DNA from: Deltaproteobacteria bacterium
Lineage (GTDB): Bacteria > JAMCPX01
DNA length: 64,000 nucleotides
Reading direction: 5' to 3'
NCBI GenBank assembly: GCA_023381995.1
Contig: JAMCVD010000084.1
Coordinates: 1,010-65,009 of the forward strand
Within the stretch, counting starts at the first letter, position 1, and every line of letters starts with the position of its first letter. Of the stretch, positions 9,713 to 18,818 are shown piece after piece. The position numbers and the translations under genes are program-made. Under the pieces are notes generated by a model. The model was not told the DNA's origin, did no database searches, and saw only the letters and a list, made by a program, of their open reading frames with translations.

Positions 9713-10543
9713 CTACGTATAGTTTTTGACCAGAATTTCATAGAAGCGCTTTCCCCTCCTGTCGCCTTTGCAGTTGATGGCCCTGTTCGCCCCGATCTCC
9801 TGAATATTGTAGCCCCGGTAAAGCGGTCGTATGAATTCTGTGTTCGAATTGGAGAGCATCACATAGCACCCTCTGTCATCCAGTTCCCTGAAGACATGGG
9901 ACAATTCTATCTGGTCCTTCTCCGTGAAATCCCCTTTGCTGTATCTGGTAAAGGACGATGTCGAATTTAGGGGGTGGTAAGGCGGATCAAGGTAGAGGAA
10001 GTCACCGGGCCTTGCCAGTGAAGCTGTCTTCTTATAGTCCTGACACAGTATCCTTATGCGATGGGCACCCAGATAGTCAGACACGACGACGAGATTCCCC
10101 CTGTCGAGTATCCTGGGCGCTCTATAGTCCCCGAACGGCACGTTGAACTCGCCCCTGGAGTTCTCGCGGTATAGTCCGTTGAAGCACGTCCTGTTCAGAT
10201 AGATAAAGCGGCTCGCCCGTTGTACAGGGGAAAGGCGGCCTGGCCCCTTCGACCTGACCCTATAGAAGTGATCCTCTGTGTTTGTGTGTCTCCTCAGACT
10301 CGCGATCAACGCATGTACACTGTCCCTTATGACACGGTACGCATTCATGATTTCGGGATTGATATCAGAGATAACGGCCCGCTCCGGAGACAATGCAAAG
10401 AGCAATGCCCCGGCGCCCACAAAAGGCTCTATATACCTATCGTACTGCGGAGGGACGTTTTTCAAGAGAATAGCTAAGAGCTGCCTCTTGCCCCCAACCC
10501 ATTTCACGAACGGCCTTGGCCTATCTGCACGTTCTCGTCTCAC
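9713..10543 (-). CDS. DNA adenine (N6) methyltransferase, Dam/D12 class
   Basis: 276 aa. It has the N-terminal KWVGGKRQLL motif, the FxGxG SAM-binding motif (EPFVGAGALLF) and the DPPY catalytic motif (YLDPPYHPL). No restriction endonuclease gene is adjacent. Confidence 0.8.
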   Translation of the reverse strand: MRRERADRPRPFVKWVGGKRQLLAILLKNVPPQYDRYIEPFVGAGALLFALSPERAVISDINPEIMNAYRVIRDSVHALIASLRRHTNTEDHFYRVRSKGPGRLSPVQRASRFIYLNRTCFNGLYRENSRGEFNVPFGDYRAPRILDRGNLVVVSDYLGAHRIRILCQDYKKTASLARPGDFLYLDPPYHPLNSTSSFTRYSKGDFTEKDQIELSHVFRELDDRGCYVMLSNSNTEFIRPLYRGYNIQEIGANRAINCKGDRRGKRFYEILVKNYT

Positions 10544-10565
10544 CCGCTGCTCCGTCCGGGAACAC

Positions 10566-11714
10566 CTACTTTATCCGCTTTTTGTAATGCTTGCTCGACA
10601 CGCTCGTGAACAGGGCCGATATGCCGGCGGAGGCCATGATGAGCACGTATGGCAGCATCGCGAGCCTGTTTCCCGGGCCCGCCACAGGCTCTTCGGACAC
10701 AACCACGGGATAGGCTATCATGAGCAGGAGCAAGAGGAGCTCCCTCAAGAAGCCCTCGCCTGCGACGACGACGATACCCATCATGGCCAAGAGGGCCGTC
10801 ACGACCGCAAAGACATCCTGATATACACCCACCTCCTTTACGATGGAAGGGCCGGACAGGAGTGCGCTCCCTGCGCTGCGCGCGTGGTGAACCCGCAGCA
10901 CTGCCCCCCCCGGTGCCGGCTTTATACCCGCCAGGCGGGAGACGTCGCGGCGCAGGGGGGCAGACAGCGTACTCGCCGCTCCCCTCGCCGCCACAGCAAG
11001 GGGAGCAGGGCAAAAGCCCTTATACCCGGAGACGGTATAGTTCCGTACGACCCACGGCGCGAGTGTCAGGCCGGCCACGACGACGATGCCGAGTGCATAC
11101 TTCAGCCTGTCCCTCAGGGACAGCCATGACGCAGCGATGTATACGGCCGCATAGACGAGGGGGACATAGAGCATTACGGGCAGAACGTACGCGGCCGCAC
11201 CCGCCACTACGGCCGATAGGAAAAAGGAGGCGGTGTCCTTCTTCTTCAGCGACACTATAAAGAAGTATGTGCTTACCAGCAAAAGAAGGGTACCGATGGT
11301 CCACGGCAGCAATGCGGCGGCGTAGACGATGCTGAGGGGCTCGAACACCGACAGGAAGGACGCAATCCTTGCGGCCCTTCTTGAGAGCAGAAGCTCCGCA
11401 TTGAGATACAGGAAGATGGGGACAAGCCCGGAGAGCACGATCTGGAAGAACAGGGCGATGGCCGGCTGCACGCCGAAGGCCCTGTAGACCATGGAAAGAA
11501 AGAACGGGTACCCGGGCGCCCTCGCAGGCGCCGTGCCCGGCCAGACGGACGCATAGGAGTCGTGCTGTGCGATATCAGCGCCAAGCTCGCTGTACTCGGA
11601 GGAGCCTGCAAGAAGGAACCTCGCGGTGTTGTCGAAGACGAAGAAGAACGGGACAAGCCTTACCCCCGCGTACAGCACAAACAGAACAAAGAAAAGGCCC
11701 GCCCTTCTGTTCAT
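10566..11714 (-). CDS. GT-C fold membrane glycosyltransferase, PMT/ArnT (GT39/GT83-like) family
   Basis: 382-aa polytopic membrane protein. Its first extracytoplasmic loop (SEYSELGADIAQ...APGYPFFL) resembles the ArnT/PMT DE...KPPLFYW loop. It lacks the long C-terminal periplasmic domain of ArnT. Confidence 0.5.
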   Translation of the reverse strand: MNRRAGLFFVLFVLYAGVRLVPFFFVFDNTARFLLAGSSEYSELGADIAQHDSYASVWPGTAPARAPGYPFFLSMVYRAFGVQPAIALFFQIVLSGLVPIFLYLNAELLLSRRAARIASFLSVFEPLSIVYAAALLPWTIGTLLLLVSTYFFIVSLKKKDTASFFLSAVVAGAAAYVLPVMLYVPLVYAAVYIAASWLSLRDRLKYALGIVVVAGLTLAPWVVRNYTVSGYKGFCPAPLAVAARGAASTLSAPLRRDVSRLAGIKPAPGGAVLRVHHARSAGSALLSGPSIVKEVGVYQDVFAVVTALLAMMGIVVVAGEGFLRELLLLLLMIAYPVVVSEEPVAGPGNRLAMLPYVLIMASAGISALFTSVSSKHYKKRIK

Positions 11715-11737
11715 ACAGCCCTATCGTGTCAGGTACG

Positions 11738-14700
11738 CTACAGCAATGCTCCTCTCTTCATAAGCGCGATGAACAGCAGTGGGACGGCACCGATCAGGAC
11801 CGCGAGCAACAGGTCCATGCCCGTTGCCGTGCCCGACGTATCGCAGGAGCAGCCGCTGCTGCCGGACGATGCCCCGGACGGCGCCTTCCAGAGGTACAGA
11901 TACCCTTCCCTGGTCGATGCTGCGATGGCGAGACGACCGTTGCGCACCGGCAGGGGGGTCGTATAGTTGCCCGTGTTCCACAAGTCGTGGCGGAACTTCG
12001 CCCATTGTATCTCGTTCGTGCCGGACGGACTGCTCTTCGAGTCCACATTGCCAACGGCCGCAGACGCGAGTATCCAGCCCCCGGTAAACTTGGGCCAGCC
12101 CGTGGGCATATCGCCGTCTGCGTCCCATGCCCATACCTGGTACCCGGCGCTGCCCTCTATCACGTCGGGCATGCCCCGCCCGCCGATGTCGGCTATGACC
12201 GGCGAATTCAGCATCTGCCAGTCCTCTATAATCTCGGGGAAAGGCGATACATAGCTCTTGCTGTTGACGTCCCATACGGAGACCAGGTGATCGAAGGGCT
12301 CCCTCAGTCCCCCGAACGCCTCCATGCTGAGTATGCCGAACCCGGTAGACCCGTACGCAAGCTCCGTGGACCCGTCCCCCAGGACCGAGCCCACGGCCAT
12401 GTTGGAGAGCAGCGTAAGCTCCTCTGTCTCCTTCGCCGTCGTCGTCGGGATGTACTGCGAGAAGGCCCCTCCCGTCTGCTGGTATACCGTGCCGTCCGGA
12501 TTGTAGATGACCGGGTCGCCGGAGACATCGTTGAAAGCGATCTTCATACCCTGGCCCGTGCCCAGATCGAACAGGACGGGCGAGGTCGGTATGCCCACGC
12601 CGACGTATGGCAGTATCGCCGAGTCCGGGGCGTACAGGGACTGCGGCCAACCCGGCGCATAGGAGCCGTCCATGTTCAGCACGTACGCCTTCGATGCGCC
12701 GTTGTAGTTCTCGTTCGTGCCCAGGGCAATCTGGACCTGGCCGTTGCCGAGGATGTCGCCGATCGCCGGCGTCGAAAGTATCCTCGTGTACTGCCGGTAG
12801 TGGGACGTGCTGTTGTCGTAGACCGCAAACTCGGTTATCAGGGCGCCGGTGCCGTCCCAGATATAGACGTGCTGGTCCTCTGCCGCGACGATGATGTCCA
12901 GTCCCTTCCCGGACAGCGGGTAGAGAACGGGCGACGCGAAGATGGCGTGGTCCGGTATATCGTTCTTCGGGTTTGGCTGGCACTTCGGGTCCGTCTTCGT
13001 ATTGCAGGTAAACGAATCCACCACTGCCGTCCTCAACGCCGAGTTCGTAACGAAGTCAGAGTATTGATAGTTGATATGGACCGGGAACCCCGGCAGCCTG
13101 TCGCCCCGGTTGTCCCATGCATAGACATGGCCGTCCATGGTCGCAGCGACGATGTCCGTTACGCCGTTGCCGAGCAGGTCGCCCACCGCGACGGTACTGA
13201 GTATGGACGCCGATGCCGGCGAGATCGTCCCGCCCGCATATGCCGGGGCCCTGAGATGGTTTACGACGTTTGCAGGCTCCGAGGCATCGAACACCTCCAG
13301 GACGTCCGTTGTCAAGGGGAAGCCGGGCAATGGATTGCCGTCCTTATCGAACCCATAGACCTTGCCGTCTGACCCGCCTATCAGGAGATCGTCCTTGCCG
13401 GTGCCGTAGAGGTCGGCAAATACGGGCGAAGACTCGAGGGAAGTACCAAGGTAGATGGGATAGTTCGGGTATAGGTCAGGGTCGTGATGTATGAATATCT
13501 CCCTGCGGTCCTCGCCGTAGAGCCTCGTGTCCCCGTTCAGGTCGGAGGTCTGCTCGTAGCGGTTCCGATGAGTATTGTCGAACACCCTCACCCGTATCGT
13601 CAGGGCGTAGTCGTTGGCACCGCCCTCCGTCCACGTCTCCGCGCTCGTTATGGGTGCCTCCGATATGGGAATGCTCGCGACGTCGATCGTGCACAGCTTG
13701 CCCGAGACCGGGGACGTCTGCGCCTGCTTGGGACACACCGTCACGAAGCTCGACGGCGTTATACCGATGCCGTACTGGACCTCGTAGTCGTAGGACCCTG
13801 CCCATCTCGCATTGACGTACCCGTAGATGTCGAGGTTCGGGGTCCTGACGGGGTCCACGGTCTGGAACCAGTTCGGTGCGACTATATCGGCCTCCGGGGG
13901 GATCGCGGTAGTCGTGACGGACAGTACGGCGTTCAGGAGGTTTGCCCTGCCGTAGCCGAAGTACTGGTCCCATCCGGGCAGCGACTCATAGAGCGTAGGG
14001 TCGTAGCCGGAAGAGCCTGGCACGGAGTTCGCTATATTGATATCGTCCGCCGTAAGGGTCAGTATCTGTTTGACCTCGTTCGCAGTAAGGGCGATGCCCT
14101 GGGTGAACGCCATGGACTCGACGATGCCGGCCATACCGGACGTCTTGCCGGTCGCGCCGGAGGAGCAGCTCGTCGAGGGCGTGGAGAGTTCGAGGTGAGC
14201 GCCGTAGTTCGTGCAGTTGTTGAACGCGAGGAAGGTTGTTATGGGGTTCTTCGATGCCGCCCCGAGCGTGTTCGTGGCGATGGCGTGCACCATGACGACA
14301 TGGTCGCCGTTGGAGGGATAGTTGTGGTGCATGCTGTCCTCGTCTGCGGCGGAGGCTATGATGACGACGTTGTGGTCGTACGCGTAGTCGATCGCCTGCT
14401 GCGCGAAGTGTGTCATGTTGATCGTACCCAGCGCCTCTTGGATTATCCTTGCCCCGCTGTCCGTCGCGAACAGTACGCCCTCTGCAAAGGCGTTCGAGTC
14501 CGCCACAAAGCTGTCCCCGACCCTGACGGGCATGAACATGCACCTCGGACACACGCCCGCCGAGCCCACGTTCGGGTCGTTCGCAGGGGCAGAGGAGTCC
14601 TCCGCCTCCCCGGTGCCGTGACCGAACCCGTTGATGTCCCACGGGTCGTTGTTGTTGTCGCGGAAGTTCCAGCCGGCGATGTCGCGCGCATACCCGTCGC

Positions 14701-15421
14701 CGTCAGCATCGACGCCGTCCTGACCGAAGCGGATTATGAGGTCCTCCGGGTCGATAAAGCCGTTGCCGTTCTGGTCCGTGACCGCTGTGGCGGTACCATT
14801 GTACAGCGCATAGCCGGCCCCTCCCTGCGATGCGTCGTAGTCGGCCACGTTGAAGACACCGTCGCCGTTGTAGTCGTAGCATGATCCGTTGTACACAAAC
14901 TCTTGAGAGCTGCATGCGGAAGGGGAAATGGTCTTCCCTGCGGCATTGCACGGCGGCGGCAGCTCCTTCATGTTCAGATATATCTTGTCCGTGAGCTCGC
15001 GGTCGTTCCACTCTATGCCGGAGTCGAGCACAGCGATAAGGACGTGCGGGTCGCCCCTGGTATACTGCCACGCCTTGTCCGCGCTGATTCCGCTCACGCC
15101 GTACATCTGCTCTGGCGTGTCCAGCGCCGCGGAGCCCTGCAGGAGGGAGGGCTCGAAGCCCAGCAGGTTCCACTGCTCGTCAAGCACGCCTGCATTGGGA
15201 TTGTAATACTTGAACCCGGGCTCTGCCTGCGCATAACTTGGGTCCCAGGGCAGGTACGGCACCCAGTCGGAGCTTTTGATGGAACTCTGGCTGGGCGTCC
15301 CGGGTGTACCGGGCCATGCCGGGTTGCCGGCCTGCGCAAATACCCAGGAGCTCCGGCTGACTATTGCCAGCAGCCCCACTGCAAACATCGACATTACGAC
15401 TGTCATTACCTTGGTCTTCAT
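11738..15421 (-). CDS. Large secreted subtilisin-like (peptidase S8) protein with Ca-binding DxDxDG insert, FG-GAP/VCBS-like beta-propeller repeats and a C-terminal Cys-motif/TM/basic sorting tail
   Basis: About 1227 aa from the ATG at 15421 (MKTKVMTVV... signal peptide, with AGGAGG just upstream). S8-like segments are VLIAVLDSGIE (Asp), GFGHGTGE (His), NNCTNYG (Asn) and GKTSGMAG (a deviant Ser motif). Repeats of the form GDLxGxGxxDxxxG...DGxVYxWDxxGxxLPGFP are present. The C-terminus is GSSGCSCDTSG...LLLAVLIGAVPLLFIALMKRGALL. Confidence 0.6.
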   Translation of the reverse strand: MKTKVMTVVMSMFAVGLLAIVSRSSWVFAQAGNPAWPGTPGTPSQSSIKSSDWVPYLPWDPSYAQAEPGFKYYNPNAGVLDEQWNLLGFEPSLLQGSAALDTPEQMYGVSGISADKAWQYTRGDPHVLIAVLDSGIEWNDRELTDKIYLNMKELPPPCNAAGKTISPSACSSQEFVYNGSCYDYNGDGVFNVADYDASQGGAGYALYNGTATAVTDQNGNGFIDPEDLIIRFGQDGVDADGDGYARDIAGWNFRDNNNDPWDINGFGHGTGEAEDSSAPANDPNVGSAGVCPRCMFMPVRVGDSFVADSNAFAEGVLFATDSGARIIQEALGTINMTHFAQQAIDYAYDHNVVIIASAADEDSMHHNYPSNGDHVVMVHAIATNTLGAASKNPITTFLAFNNCTNYGAHLELSTPSTSCSSGATGKTSGMAGIVESMAFTQGIALTANEVKQILTLTADDINIANSVPGSSGYDPTLYESLPGWDQYFGYGRANLLNAVLSVTTTAIPPEADIVAPNWFQTVDPVRTPNLDIYGYVNARWAGSYDYEVQYGIGITPSSFVTVCPKQAQTSPVSGKLCTIDVASIPISEAPITSAETWTEGGANDYALTIRVRVFDNTHRNRYEQTSDLNGDTRLYGEDRREIFIHHDPDLYPNYPIYLGTSLESSPVFADLYGTGKDDLLIGGSDGKVYGFDKDGNPLPGFPLTTDVLEVFDASEPANVVNHLRAPAYAGGTISPASASILSTVAVGDLLGNGVTDIVAATMDGHVYAWDNRGDRLPGFPVHINYQYSDFVTNSALRTAVVDSFTCNTKTDPKCQPNPKNDIPDHAIFASPVLYPLSGKGLDIIVAAEDQHVYIWDGTGALITEFAVYDNSTSHYRQYTRILSTPAIGDILGNGQVQIALGTNENYNGASKAYVLNMDGSYAPGWPQSLYAPDSAILPYVGVGIPTSPVLFDLGTGQGMKIAFNDVSGDPVIYNPDGTVYQQTGGAFSQYIPTTTAKETEELTLLSNMAVGSVLGDGSTELAYGSTGFGILSMEAFGGLREPFDHLVSVWDVNSKSYVSPFPEIIEDWQMLNSPVIADIGGRGMPDVIEGSAGYQVWAWDADGDMPTGWPKFTGGWILASAAVGNVDSKSSPSGTNEIQWAKFRHDLWNTGNYTTPLPVRNGRLAIAASTREGYLYLWKAPSGASSGSSGCSCDTSGTATGMDLLLAVLIGAVPLLFIALMKRGALL

Positions 15422-15474
15422 ATGCCTCCTTATAATTCGCATTGACCCATACACTGCCTAGGCCTATGGCTTGT

Positions 15475-17526
15475 TTATATCGTCAGCGCCAGTTCGAACC
15501 CCTGGCGTATGGCATCGAGCGCCTTTGCCGGGGCAAGCGCGTCCCCGATAACATGGATGCGCCGGTCTTTTGTCTTCGAGAACGGGTTGTGCGGGGTCAC
15601 GCCGGCCGCGAGGACTATCATCCCGGCATCGAACGCCTGCGTCTGTCCGTTGTTCTCCGCGTACACCTTGCCTTCCTCTATCTTCGTGACCTTCGTGTTC
15701 GCGTACATCCTCACGCCGCGCCTCTTGAGCTGCTGCATGATGGGCCACCGCGTCGACCTCCCTATGTCCCTGCCGATCTTATCGAGCATCTCGAGTATCG
15801 TGATCTTCCGCGTGGACTGCTTCAGGAGCTGCTGCACGAGCAGCGGGTCCTCTGCGTCGTTCTCGAGCAGGAACCGTGCCGTCTTCTCGTTCATCGTCCC
15901 GCCCTGCGAGAGGTACAGTGCCACATCGCACCCCACTGCGCCGCCCCCGATGATGACGATGTCCTGCGTCGTGCCGGCGAACTCGTCTGAGAGTATGTCC
16001 CACGCAAGCTCCACGGAGCCGTCTTCTATGCCCTCGCGCAGGCCCTCTATACCAGCAGGTATGAGAGGGGCCGCGCCCGTTGCAACAACGACTTCGTCCG
16101 CCCTGAGCTTCGAGACGCCGCTCTTGCTTACAGGCTTCCCGAGATAGAGGCGGACGCCATGGTGCTCGAGCTGGTGTGCATAATAGAGCAGGAGGTCATA
16201 GAAGCCTTCTTTGTCGGGCACGGCACTCGCGAGGTTGAACTGTCCGCCGATCCATTCTTCCTTCTCATAGACGCTGACCTTGTGTCCCCGCCTGGCGAGC
16301 GTTACGGCGGCCTCCAGGCCCGCTGGGCCGGCACCTATCACCGCTACCGTTTTGGCCTTCTTCGCCCTGGTGATCTTTATCTCGTGCTCCTTCCCGACGA
16401 TCGGGTTCACGAGGCATCCCGCGGGCAGCCCGTTGAATATATTGTCGAAGCACCCCTGGTTGCAGGCGATGCAGTAGTTTATGTCGTGGGTCTCGCCCTT
16501 CCTCGCCTTTTCCGGGAACATCGGGTCAGCTATCAATGCCCTGCCCATAACGACCATATCGGCCCAGCCGTCGTTTATGAACTTCTCCGCGATAGTGGGG
16601 TCGTTTATCCTGTTCGATGCGATAACAGGCACGCGAACGGCCTGTCTGACCTTCATCGCGAGGTACGAGAACGCGCCCTCCGGCACTGAAAAGGTAAGCT
16701 GGGGCACGTGGGTCTCGTGCCAGCCGCCGGTCACGTTGAACCCGTCGATGCCGGCCCGGTCGAGCGCCCTGGCGAACTCGACGGTCTCGCCTATCGTGTT
16801 GCTACCGCGCACGAAATCGCTGCCCGACAGCCTCATGATGATCGCGAGGCCGTCACCGACCGCCTCCCGTACCTTCCTGTACACCTCTATCCCGAAGCGC
16901 ATCCTGTTCTCGGACGTACCGCCGTAATCGTCGGTCCTCCGGTTCGTAAGCGGGGACAGGAACTGGCATATGAGGTAGCCGGCGGACGCGAGTATTTCGA
17001 TGCCGTCCATGCCCGCCCTCTTTGCCCTGAGCGCCGCGTCCGCATAGGCCTGCTGGACCCGCCGTATCTCGTCCACCGTGAGCGCCCTCGGCGTCTCGTT
17101 GGTGAGCTTCGATGGCACCGGCGATGCCGAGACGGGCGTCTCCCCCTCTATCATCCAGGAGGTCACATACCTCCCCGCATGGTAAAGCTGCGCGAACACC
17201 TTTACGCCGTGCGAGTGCAGGGTCTTCGTCAAAGCGGACATGCCGGGGACGAAGTCGTCCGTATCGAGCCTGACCATAAAATGGCCGCCCCCGACCTTGT
17301 CTACGGTGCACCCGCCGACTATGATCAGACCAGCGCCACCCCGTGCCCTGCTCTCGTAGAACGCGGTCATCTGGTCCGTCACGCGGCCGTCGGGCGTATA
17401 ATTAAGGTGCATCGCTGGGAAGACAACCCTGTTCTTTATCTCGATGCCGCCTATCCTTACCGGACTGAACAACGATGGGAAATATTTGCTGTCCATTGTG
17501 AGCCTCCAGTTTTTTAGCATATACAT
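15475..17526 (-). CDS. 2,4-dienoyl-CoA reductase-like NADH:flavin oxidoreductase (OYE TIM-barrel + [4Fe-4S] + FAD/NAD(P) domains; FadH family)
   Basis: 683 aa. It has an N-terminal old-yellow-enzyme fold (VVFPAMH...), the Cys cluster INYCIACNQGC, and a C-terminal Rossmann domain (VAVIGAGPAGLEAA, IVIIGGGAVG). Confidence 0.8.
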   Translation of the reverse strand: MYMLKNWRLTMDSKYFPSLFSPVRIGGIEIKNRVVFPAMHLNYTPDGRVTDQMTAFYESRARGGAGLIIVGGCTVDKVGGGHFMVRLDTDDFVPGMSALTKTLHSHGVKVFAQLYHAGRYVTSWMIEGETPVSASPVPSKLTNETPRALTVDEIRRVQQAYADAALRAKRAGMDGIEILASAGYLICQFLSPLTNRRTDDYGGTSENRMRFGIEVYRKVREAVGDGLAIIMRLSGSDFVRGSNTIGETVEFARALDRAGIDGFNVTGGWHETHVPQLTFSVPEGAFSYLAMKVRQAVRVPVIASNRINDPTIAEKFINDGWADMVVMGRALIADPMFPEKARKGETHDINYCIACNQGCFDNIFNGLPAGCLVNPIVGKEHEIKITRAKKAKTVAVIGAGPAGLEAAVTLARRGHKVSVYEKEEWIGGQFNLASAVPDKEGFYDLLLYYAHQLEHHGVRLYLGKPVSKSGVSKLRADEVVVATGAAPLIPAGIEGLREGIEDGSVELAWDILSDEFAGTTQDIVIIGGGAVGCDVALYLSQGGTMNEKTARFLLENDAEDPLLVQQLLKQSTRKITILEMLDKIGRDIGRSTRWPIMQQLKRRGVRMYANTKVTKIEEGKVYAENNGQTQAFDAGMIVLAAGVTPHNPFSKTKDRRIHVIGDALAPAKALDAIRQGFELALTI

Positions 17527-18103
17527 TATACCACGTTCTTTGTCTACAAGTACGTTACCCCAAAATCCCGATTTAGAAAATCAGTATTTGTTAGCCGGTG
17601 GGAATTTGCGGTGTCTTTTTATTGAAACCCCGATTCCCTGTTTACCTGCATATGGTATCCTCGCAAAGATACTTATTCATGCGCTTCCGCCTGTCTTCAG
17701 ATGCACTTTTCCTCTCCCTTCTCTGTTTGCCTCCTTTTTTTATAAAAGTCTTTTATCCACTACCATAAACTCATTTTGCAGTTCCGCCATCGTATCCTAT
17801 AGCTCATCATTTCAAATTCATGCCCCCGAACCTTTATGACGGCACCTTCATTCCGGACATCTATGTTTTATGGATTGTGCAAAGTGTAGACGCGACCCCA
17901 TTTCTTTTCCTAAGATCGTTTTCGATGCCATACGCGAGCTTATGACTCCACCAGAACCAAAACACCATAGAATTGGATTCATATGAAACGTTTCCACTCC
18001 TCTTTCCCAATGTCCAATGGTCTTTTGAGGGCTGACCCTGAGTCTTTTGGGTGACCCCTCTTCTTCTCCGAAATTTTTCTATTGCATTTTCCTCGCCTTT
18101 ATT

Positions 18104-18112
18104 GTGTTATAC
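18104..18112 (+). promoter_or_regulatory. Candidate extended -10 element (TGnTATACT) for rpe
   Basis: TGTTATACT lies about 21 nt upstream of the rpe ATG, followed by GGAAGAAGGA as an RBS. TTGCAT at 18081-18086 is a poorly spaced -35 (20-nt spacer). Confidence 0.25.
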
Positions 18113-18132
18113 TTTCGGAAGAAGGACATACA

Positions 18133-18789
18133 ATGAGACACATAAGGATAGCCCCGTCTCTACTCGCCTCGGACTTCTCCAGGCTCGCCGAGGAGATAAA
18201 AGCGGTGGAAATGGCCGGAGCCGACATGTTGCACATCGATGTCATGGACGGCAGGTTCGTACCGAACATAACGATAGGCCAGCCCGTCGTAAGCTCCATA
18301 CGAAAGACAACGAAGCTGCCCTTGGACGTCCATCTGATGATAGTCGATCCGATGGACCACATAGACAGCTTCATCGATGCGGGTGCCGACATCGTCACCG
18401 TACACCTCGAAGCATGCAACCATCTCCATAGGGCCATGGCAACGATAAAAAGCGCTGGCAGGGGTGCCGGAGTGTCTCTCAACCCAGCGACGCCGGTCGT
18501 CATGCTGAAAGACATCCTTGAAGAGCTCTCCCTCGTACTGATAATGACGGTCAACCCCGGGTTCGGAGGACAGGAATTTATTCGGTCGGGCCTGGACAAA
18601 ATAAAGGAGCTCGATCGTATCAGACAGTCGAGGAACGCCTCCCTACTTATCGAAGTCGACGGAGGCATAACCGCACAGAACGTGGCAGGAGTCATAAAAG
18701 CCGGGGCGGACATCGTCGTTGCGGGTACCGCGATATTCGGCTCGAAAGACTATCGGCAGGCCATCAGGAGGCTGAAGCTCGCACGATAA
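18133..18789 (+). CDS. rpe: Ribulose-phosphate 3-epimerase
   Basis: The start is set at the internal ATG 18133 (MRHIRIAPSLLASDF...). Motifs HIDVMDGRFVPN and MTVNPGFGGQ are present. The track ORF begins 17 codons earlier. Confidence 0.9.
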   Translation: MRHIRIAPSLLASDFSRLAEEIKAVEMAGADMLHIDVMDGRFVPNITIGQPVVSSIRKTTKLPLDVHLMIVDPMDHIDSFIDAGADIVTVHLEACNHLHRAMATIKSAGRGAGVSLNPATPVVMLKDILEELSLVLIMTVNPGFGGQEFIRSGLDKIKELDRIRQSRNASLLIEVDGGITAQNVAGVIKAGADIVVAGTAIFGSKDYRQAIRRLKLAR

Positions 18790-18818
18790 CGGGAAGGGCG
18801 CAAGGCACAAGAAGCAGG

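Noticed and set aside
11567-14884. Long antisense ORFs inside the S8/FG-GAP gene (11567..13372 +, 13484..14884 +, and 11721..12983 - in another frame)
   Set aside because: They have Arg/Pro/Gly-rich low-complexity translations and no motifs. The sense frame has coherent domain structure across 1230 aa.
15486-15510. tRNA-like T-arm sequence CAGTTCGAACCCCTGG
   Set aside because: It lies inside the 3' coding end of the fadH-like gene. No matching acceptor, D or anticodon arms could be built around it. No other tRNA-like T-loop (GGTTCGAATCC-type) was found in intergenic regions.
16708-17517. 269-aa plus-strand ORF antisense to the fadH-like gene, and the 131-aa ORF 17444..17839
   Set aside because: They are shadow or low-complexity ORFs that overlap a well-supported gene and the AT-rich intergenic region.
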